Under the pieces are notes generated by a model. It saw nothing but the letters and a program-made list of their open reading frames with translations. It had not been told where the DNA came from and made no database searches. The translations under genes were made by a program, and so were the position numbers. From positions 97,575 through 161,574 of the forward strand of contig JBGAIQ010000008.1 in the NCBI GenBank assembly GCA_044225365.1: DNA of 64,000 nucleotides. Direction: 5' to 3'. Every line of letters starts with the position of its first letter. The stretch's first letter is position 1. Positions 50,257 through 59,452 of this stretch are shown here, piece by piece. Source of the stretch: Planctomycetota bacterium. Lineage in GTDB: Bacteria; Planctomycetota; B15-G4; JADJEK01.

Positions 50257-51078
50257 TCAGTGTCGTTTGGCGACGATCTCGAGAACGAGCGGCGTGAGCA
50301 TCGCGCCCGCCGCATCCGCCTCGCAGCGCGCGAACTCCTCGCGCACCGCGCGCGCCAAGTCGTTCTCGATGATGCCGAGCTCGAGCAGGCGGGCCGTATT
50401 CGCATGCACGAACGTCCGCGGCCATTCCCACATCGGGTCGCCCGGACGGATGCAGAAGATCCGCGGGACCGCGGATTCGATTCGGAAGCCCTCGGAGGTC
50501 AGGAGCGCAGGGAGCGCGCGCGCGATGTCCGGCTCGCCGCCGTTGTCGCGCCAGCTCTGCATCACGCGGCGCACGAACTCCTCGAGAGCAGGGCTCTTCT
50601 CGAGCGTCCTCCACGTGGCGTAATCGGCGTACTCGTGGAACACGGCGACGCCGCCGCGCTTCACCACGCGGGCGAGCTCGCGGACGAGACGCTGCGGCGA
50701 CGCGACGAAGCACGCGACCCATCGGCACCACGCGAGGTCGAATCCCGAATCCGGGATCGCATCCGTCATGAGATCGAGGGAATGGAATTGGACGTTCCTC
50801 GCACCGGCGGATTCGCAGCGGACCCGTGCAGCGTTCAGGAATCGTTCGGACCGCTCGACGGCGACGACCTCACCCGCCGGCCCGACACGCTGCGAGAGAT
50901 CGAGCGTCGCGTAGCCCGGCCCCGCGCCGACGTCGAGCGCTTTCGAACCGGGCACGAGTCCCGCCGCGTCCCAGCACGAGACCACGGTCTGCCGCCACAC
51001 CGAATGCTGCACGCCGAGCCGTGCGAGCTCTTCGTCGTGGGTGCCGAGCACGTAGTCGCGGTCGTTCGATGGCGTCAT
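50257..51078 (-). CDS. Class I SAM-dependent methyltransferase
   Basis: YVLGTHDEELARL, LDVGAGPG. Confidence 0.9.
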   Translation of the reverse strand: MTPSNDRDYVLGTHDEELARLGVQHSVWRQTVVSCWDAAGLVPGSKALDVGAGPGYATLDLSQRVGPAGEVVAVERSERFLNAARVRCESAGARNVQFHSLDLMTDAIPDSGFDLAWCRWVACFVASPQRLVRELARVVKRGGVAVFHEYADYATWRTLEKSPALEEFVRRVMQSWRDNGGEPDIARALPALLTSEGFRIESAVPRIFCIRPGDPMWEWPRTFVHANTARLLELGIIENDLARAVREEFARCEADAAGAMLTPLVLEIVAKRH

Positions 51079-51923
51079 CCTCTCGGCTCCTTCGATTGCG
51101 CGGCGGTCTCCCAGGCGACGAGCGCCCGTTTACGAGCGGCGCCCCATCGGTACTCCCCGAGGACTCCGGTCTCGCGGATCACCCGGTGGCAAGGGATCAG
51201 GACGGCGATCGCATTCGCGCCGACGGCCGCGCCGACGGCTCGGGACGCCTTGGGTTCGCCGATCGCCCGAGCGATGCGGCCGTAGCTCGTGAGCGAACCT
51301 TCCGGGATCGACAGTAGAGCTCGCCACACTCGCACTTGGAACGCCGTGCCGCGCACGTAGGCGCGCAGGCCCGTTCGCGCCGTCGTCCGCGTGAAGACGC
51401 GATCGGCGATCTCCTGCGCGACGCCGTCGTCCCAGGCGAACCGCGCTCTCGACCAGTCCGCGAGTTGGGCCTCACCGGACCGCCGCGTGGTCGACTCGAC
51501 GAACGAGAAGTGACAGATCCCGCGCGGCGTACTGCCGATCAGCGCGTCGCCGAACGGAGTCGACGCGAAGCCCGCCTGCATCGTGAGGCCCTCGCCGCGC
51601 GATTTCAGCTCTCCTGGAGTCGCCGCCTCGAGACCCACGCAGAGATCGTGGAGACGGCTCGGCCCCGAGAGCCCCGAATCGAGCGCCGCGTCGAGCACGC
51701 TCTCGCCGCCCTGCAACAGGCGGCGGCAATGTTCGAGCGTGAGGCATTGGAGGAAGTCCTTCGGTGTCACGCCCGCGAAGGCGCGGAACTGACGATGGAC
51801 CTCGAATCGATCCATTCCGACGTGCGCCGCGATCGCCTCGAGATCGGGCTGCTCGGCACGGTTCTCGTCGAGGAATCGCAGGATGCTCGCGATGCGTTCG
51901 TACTGGGTCGCTCTGGTGTTCAT
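51075..51923 (-). CDS. Ada-like AraC HTH / methylated-DNA-protein-cysteine methyltransferase
   Basis: AGVTPKDF, LSGPSRLHD, GTAFQ.VW, RAVG, IPCHRV; no N-terminal Zn domain. Confidence 0.92.
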   Translation of the reverse strand: MNTRATQYERIASILRFLDENRAEQPDLEAIAAHVGMDRFEVHRQFRAFAGVTPKDFLQCLTLEHCRRLLQGGESVLDAALDSGLSGPSRLHDLCVGLEAATPGELKSRGEGLTMQAGFASTPFGDALIGSTPRGICHFSFVESTTRRSGEAQLADWSRARFAWDDGVAQEIADRVFTRTTARTGLRAYVRGTAFQVRVWRALLSIPEGSLTSYGRIARAIGEPKASRAVGAAVGANAIAVLIPCHRVIRETGVLGEYRWGAARKRALVAWETAAQSKEPRG

Positions 51924-51996
51924 GCGCGGATCGTGCCATCGTAGCGCGCGCGGGCCCACCCGTTTCTTGCGTCGCGGATCGACTCGATCGCCGAGT

Positions 51997-53757
51997 TCAG
52001 TTCCGCGCGTGCTCGCGCTGCTCGCGGCGATAACGCAGGAAGCGCGAGACGAGCGCGAACGGGCTCGTCAGCGGGGCGCCGAGCGCGGCGTTGTGCGCGC
52101 CGATCGCGAACGCGATGCGCCACTGTTCGAAGAGCACTCGATACGCGTCCACGAGGCGCATCCGGGGGTCGTAGATGTGAGTCGCCTCCGAAGTGACGCC
52201 GTTCAGCTCGATGATCTTGATCCCCTCGCCGCGACGGAAGTGCTCGGCGCTCGGCGCGCGCACGTCGTATCGCCCGAAGTAGAACCCGTCGAAGGTCCGA
52301 CTCGCGCGATCGATCACGGTCACGAGGGCCTCGGTGTGGATCGCTTCGCCGTCGAGGAAGATCGCGCCCCGGCAATGCGTGCCGAGTTCGACGAGTTGGA
52401 TCCTCTCGCCGCGTGCGGGCACATGCGAGAGCCTTTGTTCATTGCGCTCGAAGTACGCTTTCGCCGCGCAGACCGCCCGTTCGTCGGCGAGGATCAGGTT
52501 CTCGAGCGTGCGATCTCCGTCCCCCACGACGACGGGCATCCTCTTCTCGGTGATCGAGATGATGCGACCCTGTTCCTCCGTCGGATGTCGAACGTAGAAG
52601 ATACCGAACTCCACGCCCGGCACGTATTCCTGCACCACGTGGTCGAGGGACATCTCGTGCTCGAGGAACGCGACGAGGCTCGGATCGTCCCGCACGATGC
52701 GGACTCCCGAGCCGCGCTGACCCACGTCGGGCTTCAAAACGAGCGGCAGAGAGAGGGCGTTCGTGGCGCAGAACTCGCGCACCTTCGCGATGCGCACCGC
52801 GGGCGGATCGCTCGCGAGGACAGATGCGCTCTTCGCCAGTAGATCGCCGGCGCCGCGCAGGTTCTCGAGGATCTTCAGCTTGCTCTCGCCGATGAACCCG
52901 CCGTTCTCGATCGCGGGATTGACGGCGGTGACGACGGCGAAGCCGCCCTCCCTTCGATGCTTCCACGCCAGCCGCGCGAGATGGAAGACGACGGGCGGAT
53001 AGAAGGCCCACGCAGGCCAGAACTCGAAGTGTCGCAGTCGCAGGAGCCGACCGCGCCAAACCCTTCGCCCTCGCCACGTGAAGAGCGAAGCGATCGAGAG
53101 CACGAGACGAACGACGGCGAAGATCCCGAGCACGATCCCGACGAGCACGAGGGCGCCGTAGTCGTGGAAGCGCGCGAACAGAGTGAGGGAGCGTTCCCCG
53201 AGCGCCCCCGAAAGCAGAACGAGGCTTGGCGTCCAGAGTAGACCCGCAAGCGCGAACCAGGCGGCGAAGCGCAGGAACGGCATCGCGAACGCGCCAGAGG
53301 CGAGATAGGTCGGCAGCCGCAGCCCGGGCACGAAGCGCGAGAAGAAGATGGCCTTGCCGCCGTGATCTCGAAGCAGCGTCCGGCCACGCTCGATCGCCGC
53401 GGGCGTCACGATGGTGAGTCGCGCGCCGGTCGCGAGCAGCGCCGTACCGAACATCCTTCCGATTCCGTAGAGCAGGACGTCGCCGGCGAAGATCCCGAGG
53501 AAGCAACCGACGATCGCGACGGTGGCGGGCATGCGCCCGCTCGCGACGAGCAGACCCGCGCTGATGCAGGTGAGATCCTCGGAGACGAGCGTCGCGACGG
53601 CGAGGGAGAACGCGAGCATCCACGGTCCCAGCGATTCGAACGTGCGAAGTTCGAACGGAACGCCGAGACCCAGTCGTTCCGCGGCCTGTGCCGTAGCCGG
53701 CCCGAGCACGAGCGCGGCGAATCCGGCGACGAGGACGCTCGCGACGCGCCGGTTCAT
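51997..53757 (-). CDS. DedA/VTT membrane domain fused to ATP-grasp ligase domain
   Basis: SEDLT, GD..LY.IG, RFVPGLR (DedA); EFWP, NP..GG..GESK, KPDVGQRG, QEYV, GRYDVR, IELNG..SE.THIYDP (ATP-grasp). Confidence 0.88.
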   Translation of the reverse strand: MNRRVASVLVAGFAALVLGPATAQAAERLGLGVPFELRTFESLGPWMLAFSLAVATLVSEDLTCISAGLLVASGRMPATVAIVGCFLGIFAGDVLLYGIGRMFGTALLATGARLTIVTPAAIERGRTLLRDHGGKAIFFSRFVPGLRLPTYLASGAFAMPFLRFAAWFALAGLLWTPSLVLLSGALGERSLTLFARFHDYGALVLVGIVLGIFAVVRLVLSIASLFTWRGRRVWRGRLLRLRHFEFWPAWAFYPPVVFHLARLAWKHRREGGFAVVTAVNPAIENGGFIGESKLKILENLRGAGDLLAKSASVLASDPPAVRIAKVREFCATNALSLPLVLKPDVGQRGSGVRIVRDDPSLVAFLEHEMSLDHVVQEYVPGVEFGIFYVRHPTEEQGRIISITEKRMPVVVGDGDRTLENLILADERAVCAAKAYFERNEQRLSHVPARGERIQLVELGTHCRGAIFLDGEAIHTEALVTVIDRASRTFDGFYFGRYDVRAPSAEHFRRGEGIKIIELNGVTSEATHIYDPRMRLVDAYRVLFEQWRIAFAIGAHNAALGAPLTSPFALVSRFLRYRREQREHARN

Positions 53758-54500
53758 GACGTCCTGCCTTCCACGACGGGTGCGAGCGACAACTCGACGA
53801 TGGAGTCCGAACTACTCTCGCAGGGCGCCGCCCCGTGCCAGGTGAGGCGCGCGTACGAGTCGTCGACGCGGATCCGCGTGAAGCTGCGCGTCTTCGCATC
53901 CTCGCGATGCATGCAGACCGAGTAAGCGCTCTTGCCTGGGACATGGCTGGCGTGCGCCGCGACGAGGCTGTCGATCGCGAGCGGACGGTGTAGCGCATCG
54001 AACACCGCGCGCCGCTTCTCCCCGACGGCGCGCGCTTCGAACGAAGACGACAGGATCGGCGGCTTCACGCTCGCGGGCGACCGCGTCACGAGTGAGGTCC
54101 GATCCCACTCTACGACCTGCGGGCCGGAAGAACCGCGCTTCGCTTCGAAGACGGCGAGAACGAAGGAGCGATGCTTGTCGGGGCCAATCGCCTCGAGACG
54201 AGACATTGCGCGACGGGCATCGCGTTCACCGAGCAAGTCGATCACGATCTCGCCGCGGCTCCTGAACTCCCCGCCCTCGCGATCCTTCTCGCGATAACCG
54301 TTCAGCAGCGCGACGACGAGGCCGTACTCGTTGACTCCGATCCAACTGCCTCCGCCTTCCGGATCGCGCGGCGCGATGAACGCGACGCCGCGCGTCGTAT
54401 CGCGATGCGGTGCGATCTCCGCTGCGCGAGTGTGCTTCTCGTCGCGATTGAAGAGGACCTCCAGCGTCGCGCCCTCGGTCGTCCAGCTCAGCGTGCACAC
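53754..54500 (-). CDS. NRDE/TANGO2 family Ntn-fold protein
   Basis: GTG start gives N-terminal (M)CTL; FNRDE, GGSWIGVN, LLNG, SRG. Confidence 0.9.
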   Translation of the reverse strand: MCTLSWTTEGATLEVLFNRDEKHTRAAEIAPHRDTTRGVAFIAPRDPEGGGSWIGVNEYGLVVALLNGYREKDREGGEFRSRGEIVIDLLGERDARRAMSRLEAIGPDKHRSFVLAVFEAKRGSSGPQVVEWDRTSLVTRSPASVKPPILSSSFEARAVGEKRRAVFDALHRPLAIDSLVAAHASHVPGKSAYSVCMHREDAKTRSFTRIRVDDSYARLTWHGAAPCESSSDSIVELSLAPVVEGRTS

Positions 54501-55018
54501 GGTGAATCGCTCTTCAGGAAACGCAACGTGGAGACCGCGACGCCGAAATCGGGGGATGGCCGCACTCCGCGCCGCTTCAGGACGATGGCGACGAGCGCGT
54601 AGTGATGGACGCAGTGGCTCGCGAGGAACATCAGCTCCCGCTCGAGGGTCGAATCGGCGATCGGCTGCGGCGCTCCGGCAGGAGCATCGTGGCTCACCCG
54701 CAGCGGTCGGCCCGCGAACTTCGCCTCGATCGCGCGCACGCGGCGCGCGAGCTCCTGCAGACGCTTCCTGCCGACAGCTCGCTCGCGTTCGAGTCGCTCG
54801 TCGCGACGCCGCGCGTCGAAGTCCACGCGCCCGGAGTCGAGACCTCGAAGAAGGCAATCGACCGCGTCACCGACGTGCCGCAGGTGCGCTCCCACCGACG
54901 AGATCCCGAGCTCGAGATCGCCGGTTCGAAAGCCCTCGTCGGTCAGCTCGTCGATCAGCGGCAGAACCTGCTCGAGGGATGCGGCGAGCGCCTCCCGGGT
55001 CACTTCGAAGGGACTCAT
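54488..55018 (-). CDS. DinB-family protein
   Basis: SVGAHLRH, DFDARRRD, RELMFLASHCVHH, FGVA. Confidence 0.85.
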   Translation of the reverse strand: MSPFEVTREALAASLEQVLPLIDELTDEGFRTGDLELGISSVGAHLRHVGDAVDCLLRGLDSGRVDFDARRRDERLERERAVGRKRLQELARRVRAIEAKFAGRPLRVSHDAPAGAPQPIADSTLERELMFLASHCVHHYALVAIVLKRRGVRPSPDFGVAVSTLRFLKSDSPCAR

Positions 55019-55046
55019 CTTGCTCGTTCCTCGATCGAACGCAGGA

Positions 55047-55841
55047 TCACTGCTTCGTTGGATGGAGGTTCGAGACCGCCTCGAATGCCGCACTCGCGAG
55101 CTCCTTGCGGTCCGAACCCGACACGGGGGTCGTGCCGAATCGGATGCGCGCGGTGAAGCCGGGTAACGCAGCTAATTTCACAATGTGAGGAAGGAGCGAC
55201 ATATCGCCCCACCAGCAGACAGCAGTTCGCGCCGGCTCGCACCCTTGCGGCGTCACGTACTCGATGCCGGCGCAATGGACGGGCAATCCGAGCGAGAGCG
55301 GCACCTCGAGCGTCGATGCCTTGAACGGCAGGACCGTATCGCCCGACGAACTCGTCGCTTCTGGGAACACGATGAGTCCTCGCCCCTTGTTCAACTCGCG
55401 GCGGAGCAATTCCTGAACGCGGACGAGATCCCGCTTGCTCTTGCGGTCGATGAACAATGTGCCGACGCCGCGTGCGAGCGTTCCGATGAACGGCCATTTC
55501 GCGATCTCGGACTTGCCGAGAAAGACGCCGCGGGTGCAGGTGAGGAACGCGACGACATCGATGTACGACAGGTGGTTCGACACGAGGAAGAAGGGCGGCT
55601 TCGGCGGTGTCCCTTCGACGGTGACGCGCATTCCTAGGCACGACGCGCAGACGTTCGCCCACGTCTTCAGGATTGCGTCGTGCGCGCATGCCCGGACGCG
55701 AGGGAACGGCCGCAGCAACCATTGCGAAACGAGATACGAGGTGAAGAGCGGGATCGTCGTCACGATCGTCGCCGTCAGCTTGAACCCTGAACGCAGCCGG
55801 CCCAGCGCCCCCATCGAATCCATTGCTACGGGGTCCCGCAT
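55047..55841 (-). CDS. Lysophospholipid acyltransferase (PlsC/OlsA-like)
   Basis: SNHLSYID (HxxxxD), KSEIAKWP, FIDR, FPEAT, WWGD. Confidence 0.9.
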   Translation of the reverse strand: MRDPVAMDSMGALGRLRSGFKLTATIVTTIPLFTSYLVSQWLLRPFPRVRACAHDAILKTWANVCASCLGMRVTVEGTPPKPPFFLVSNHLSYIDVVAFLTCTRGVFLGKSEIAKWPFIGTLARGVGTLFIDRKSKRDLVRVQELLRRELNKGRGLIVFPEATSSSGDTVLPFKASTLEVPLSLGLPVHCAGIEYVTPQGCEPARTAVCWWGDMSLLPHIVKLAALPGFTARIRFGTTPVSGSDRKELASAAFEAVSNLHPTKQ

Positions 55842-55909
55842 CTTGGATTCCTTTGGAGCGTCGATGGGAAGCGTGGGTTCCACGCGTCCTAGTCTTGCGA
55901 TCTCCACCG

Positions 55910-56710
55910 TCAGTTCAATCGCCGGTACGAATCGGGATCGGCATAGAGGAACAGCGTGGTCCCCCGCCGGACGGCGCGACCCTGTATCTCGAGGGGCTCC
56001 GCGATGCGATCGAGGATCTTCTCGTTGACGGCCTCTCCTCGCGCTCCGACGAGCAGGAACTGCAGCGAGTCGACGTCGGTCGCCTCCCCCTCCTTGCCCG
56101 TCGTTTGGAGCGAATCGACGACGAAGAGCGGCGGGATCCCTCCCGCGATGCAGCGCGTCGCGCAGGCCCGATGCGGTTTCCATTCCCCCGGCTTCATCAC
56201 GCCGAGCCAGCACTTCGAGTCGACGATCTCGCCGCGAAGGGTAATGGCGCCCAGTTCGACGTCGAGCTCGCGCGGGACGATCGAACCGCTCGCAGATTCG
56301 TCCTTCGCGATCGACTCGATCTCGAGCATCGTCGTGCCGGCGCGGTAGACGAGCGTGCCCTCGATCCGCACCCGCTTGCCGTCGAAGGGCGCGACGCGGG
56401 ACGCTGCGCCGCGTTTACCGCTCTCGACGAGGAGATAACGCGAGGCCGCTCCTGCACCGTTGTCGCGCGGCACGAGCAGCGTGGGTACGGGCACGGCTTC
56501 GACGAAGCCGACGAATTCGCGCGTCGTTCCGTATTCGAACGTGCCGCTCGAGAACCCGCGCTGGGCGAGCACGAGCGCGAGCGAAACACCGATCGCCAGG
56601 ACGAAGAGCGCGCCGACGGAGCATCGCACGTGGGCGCGAAGCGGAGGCGCCATCGCCGGTTGATACCCGATGTAGAACGCGTCGTCGTCGGGTGCTCGCT
56701 CGGATCTCAT
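55910..56710 (-). CDS. Membrane-anchored protein with C-x12-H-x2-C-x3-C motif, function unknown
   Basis: FYIGY, one TM, FEYG, DSKCWLGVMKPGEWKPHRACATRCIAGGIPP; ATGA overlap with the upstream gene. Confidence 0.8.
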   Translation of the reverse strand: MRSERAPDDDAFYIGYQPAMAPPLRAHVRCSVGALFVLAIGVSLALVLAQRGFSSGTFEYGTTREFVGFVEAVPVPTLLVPRDNGAGAASRYLLVESGKRGAASRVAPFDGKRVRIEGTLVYRAGTTMLEIESIAKDESASGSIVPRELDVELGAITLRGEIVDSKCWLGVMKPGEWKPHRACATRCIAGGIPPLFVVDSLQTTGKEGEATDVDSLQFLLVGARGEAVNEKILDRIAEPLEIQGRAVRRGTTLFLYADPDSYRRLN

Positions 56711-57750
56711 CGTGCCTCCGACTCTGTCGCGGGCGCCACGGGGGTTCCCGGATCATTCGGGATCGGATGGACGAAGATTCCTGCTGCGGCGATCCGCACG
56801 CGGTACGTCGCCACCTTCTCGGTGAACGGCGGCGGGGAGCATCCCGTCTCCGCGAGATACTGGTAACCGTGCCACGGGCACGTCACGCAGCCGTTCACGA
56901 TGCGACCTTCGCCGAGCGGCCCGCCTTGGTGACGGCAGACGTTCGAGATCGCCGAGAATCCGCGTTCGTGGCGGTAGATCGCGACCCTTTCGGCGCCGAT
57001 GCGCACGACGCGGGCGCGTCCTTCACGGATGTCGTCGACGCCGCAGGCGCGCACGTACCCGTCCCGATCGAGAGCGAGACGCTCGCGATCCGTCCGCCAC
57101 TCCTTCCTCGCGGCGAGGAGATGAGCGACGATCACGCTGGTCGCGCCGAGCAGGAGCGCGCCGGAGAGGATCGGGCTGCGCTCGGCCTGCAGGGCGCCGA
57201 GCCCCACGTGGAGAACGAGCAGCGCGTACGCGACGTACACCGCCATATGCATCGCCTTCCACGTCAGCGGACCGAGGTTCTTCAGCCAGAAGTCGTGACT
57301 CGTCGCCGCCATCACGAAGAGCACGAGCAGTGCGATCGCGCCGAGGATCTGGAACGGGAAGTGATGCAGGCTGTCCCAGCGGTTCTCCGAGGCGAGCAGC
57401 GAGACGAGCGGTGAGACGTTGCCGAGGGCGTGGAACTGGATCAGCGAGAAGACGCCATGCGCGAATCCGAGCCCGAACGTCGTGACTCCCAGGTGCCGGC
57501 GGTTGTAGAGGAAGGGCAGGAATCGCCGATCGAGTCGCGACAGCGGGCCGATGAGCAATACGACGTGGAGCAGTGCGAAGGCACCCGTTCCGAGCGCCCG
57601 GATGAGCAGCGTCTCGATCGTTGCATCGGGGAAGAACGCGAGTCCGACGGAGACGAAGATCGCGAGCCAGACGACGACGGCGAGCGCGAGCGTCTTGTCG
57701 TACGCCTTCTTCTGCGGGTTCCAGCCGACGGCCTGGTAGTGCAGGGTCAT
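56707..57750 (-). CDS. Ferric-reductase-like (MsrQ-type) heme membrane domain fused to Rieske 2Fe-2S
   Basis: NRRHLG, AHG, ATSHD, WKAMH, LHV; C-terminal CRHQGGPL...CPWHGY. Confidence 0.9.
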   Translation of the reverse strand: MTLHYQAVGWNPQKKAYDKTLALAVVVWLAIFVSVGLAFFPDATIETLLIRALGTGAFALLHVVLLIGPLSRLDRRFLPFLYNRRHLGVTTFGLGFAHGVFSLIQFHALGNVSPLVSLLASENRWDSLHHFPFQILGAIALLVLFVMAATSHDFWLKNLGPLTWKAMHMAVYVAYALLVLHVGLGALQAERSPILSGALLLGATSVIVAHLLAARKEWRTDRERLALDRDGYVRACGVDDIREGRARVVRIGAERVAIYRHERGFSAISNVCRHQGGPLGEGRIVNGCVTCPWHGYQYLAETGCSPPPFTEKVATYRVRIAAAGIFVHPIPNDPGTPVAPATESEAR

Positions 57751-58226
57751 CGCGACGACACTCCTGGCGCATCGGACGCGAGCGGAATCGAGGCGAGGAT
57801 CTTCTGATGCCCGAGGCTGTACAGGATCAACTCGGTCTCGCCCGACGCCGCGGAGGGTCGTGCAACCTCGAGATCTCGCCCCGGCACCACGCTGCCGAGG
57901 AGTCGCGCACTCGTACGCAGGCGAGGCCCCGCGCTCGCTTGCGAATCGGCGTAGACGAGGACGTCCGGCTCGCGAAGTTCGGGGGTCGCCCGGAGGAGCA
58001 CACGTTGATCGCGATGCTCGATCCGGATCCCCGGGAAGACCTCGTTCGCCGTCGAGGTGTCGACGCTCGTCCACGAGTTCGAGGAACTCGCGCCCGCCAT
58101 GATCGCGCGCGCGTCGACGCGCCCGCGGTCGGGCCGGGCATGCAGCGCGAGCGCGGCAAGCGGCAGCAGGACGACTCCGAGGACGGCGAACGCGCCGGCG
58201 TGAACGGTGCGCAGAGCGACGTTCAC
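57747..58226 (-). CDS. Hypothetical single-TM protein
   Basis: LRTVH..F.VL.VVL TM, PDVLVY, ARLLG, LILYSLGHQ; coupled on both sides by 4-bp overlaps. Confidence 0.7.
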   Translation of the reverse strand: MNVALRTVHAGAFAVLGVVLLPLAALALHARPDRGRVDARAIMAGASSSNSWTSVDTSTANEVFPGIRIEHRDQRVLLRATPELREPDVLVYADSQASAGPRLRTSARLLGSVVPGRDLEVARPSAASGETELILYSLGHQKILASIPLASDAPGVSSR

Positions 58227-58459
58227 GCGACCCCCTTTTCTCGCTGCGTTCGCGCGTTGCGGATCGACTTCGAGAGGAGGATCGGCCACAACGCGATGCT
58301 GCCCGGCACGAGGAGGATCCGGAAACCAATCGTCCCGCTCGCGGCGACTTCGTCGAGTCGGCGGATCCCGGCGACGAGGAACCAGGCGGTGAACACGAGT
58401 CCGATCCAGGCGTACCCCACGAGGAGCGCGACGACGAGGCTCGCAGTCGGAATGGACAT
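58223..58459 (-). CDS. Small 2-TM hypothetical protein
   Basis: YAWIGLVF, GIRRLDE.A, GFRILLVPG.IALWP; GGAG RBS upstream; first gene of the operon. Confidence 0.75.
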   Translation of the reverse strand: MSIPTASLVVALLVGYAWIGLVFTAWFLVAGIRRLDEVAASGTIGFRILLVPGSIALWPILLSKSIRNARTQREKGVA

Positions 58460-58554
58460 GGCGGACTCCAGGGCCGGATTCGGACTGCGGTTCGATGCAC
58501 TCGCGGCCGCGACGTTTCACCGATTCTCTTCCGGGCGAGTCGACTCCGCCGGCG

Positions 58555-59445
58555 TCAGGTCAACCGCGCGCGAACGACTTCGTGGAGCGTGCCGTTCGAA
58601 GCGAGCACGTTGCGCCCGAACAGGAAGTCCTTGCCTCCGCGATAGTCCGTCACGCGGCCCCCGGCCTCCTCGACGATGAGCGCGCCCGCGGCCACGTCCC
58701 ATGGCTCGAGCTGCTGTTCGAAGTAGAACGCGAAGCGACCGGCGGCGACGAATCCGAGATCGAGTGCGGCGGATCCGCAGCGTCGAACGTCGCGCACGTC
58801 GAGGATGAAGCGGTTCCAATGCTCGATGTTGTTCTCGAGGCTCGAGAGCTGGTTCCGGCGGTACGGGAAACCCGTCGCGAACACCGCGTCCGCGAGGTCG
58901 TCGCAGCTCGAGACACCGATCGGATGATCGTTCAACGTGGCGCCCTTGCCCTTCGTCGCGACCCACGTCTCGCGCAATGCGGGGGCGTGCACGATCCCGA
59001 GCATGGGCGATCCCGCGACGTAGAGCCCGATCGAGATCGCGAAGAACGGGTGTCCGTGCGCGAAGTTCGTCGTTCCGTCGATGGGATCGACGAGCCAGCA
59101 ATACGGCGTGGATTCCAGCATCGCGCGCAGCGGATCGAGGTCCTGCTTCCGACTCTCGCTGCGCTGCTCGAACGATTCGGTCGACCCCAGCGTCGCGCGG
59201 TCGCGAGCCGCCGAGACTTCCTCTTCAGCGAGCACGTGATGGCTCGGGAACGCGCCGCGCAGCGCGGACGTCACGATCTCCTCGACTTCGAGATCCGCGA
59301 CCGTGAGCAGGTCGCGCTTGCCCTTGAATCCAAGTTGTTGGTTCGAGATTCGCCCGAAGTGCGCGAGGGCTCGCTCGCCGCCATGGAAGGCCGCCTTCAG
59401 GCCGACGGCGCGAAATCGATCGATGGGCGACTCGTGTTGCGTCAT
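58555..59445 (-). CDS. suhB: Inositol monophosphatase family
   Basis: LLTVAD, AEE, DPIDGTTNF, RRCGSAALDL, WDVAAG. Confidence 0.92.
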   Translation of the reverse strand: MTQHESPIDRFRAVGLKAAFHGGERALAHFGRISNQQLGFKGKRDLLTVADLEVEEIVTSALRGAFPSHHVLAEEEVSAARDRATLGSTESFEQRSESRKQDLDPLRAMLESTPYCWLVDPIDGTTNFAHGHPFFAISIGLYVAGSPMLGIVHAPALRETWVATKGKGATLNDHPIGVSSCDDLADAVFATGFPYRRNQLSSLENNIEHWNRFILDVRDVRRCGSAALDLGFVAAGRFAFYFEQQLEPWDVAAGALIVEEAGGRVTDYRGGKDFLFGRNVLASNGTLHEVVRARLT

Positions 59446-59452
59446 CGCAGAC

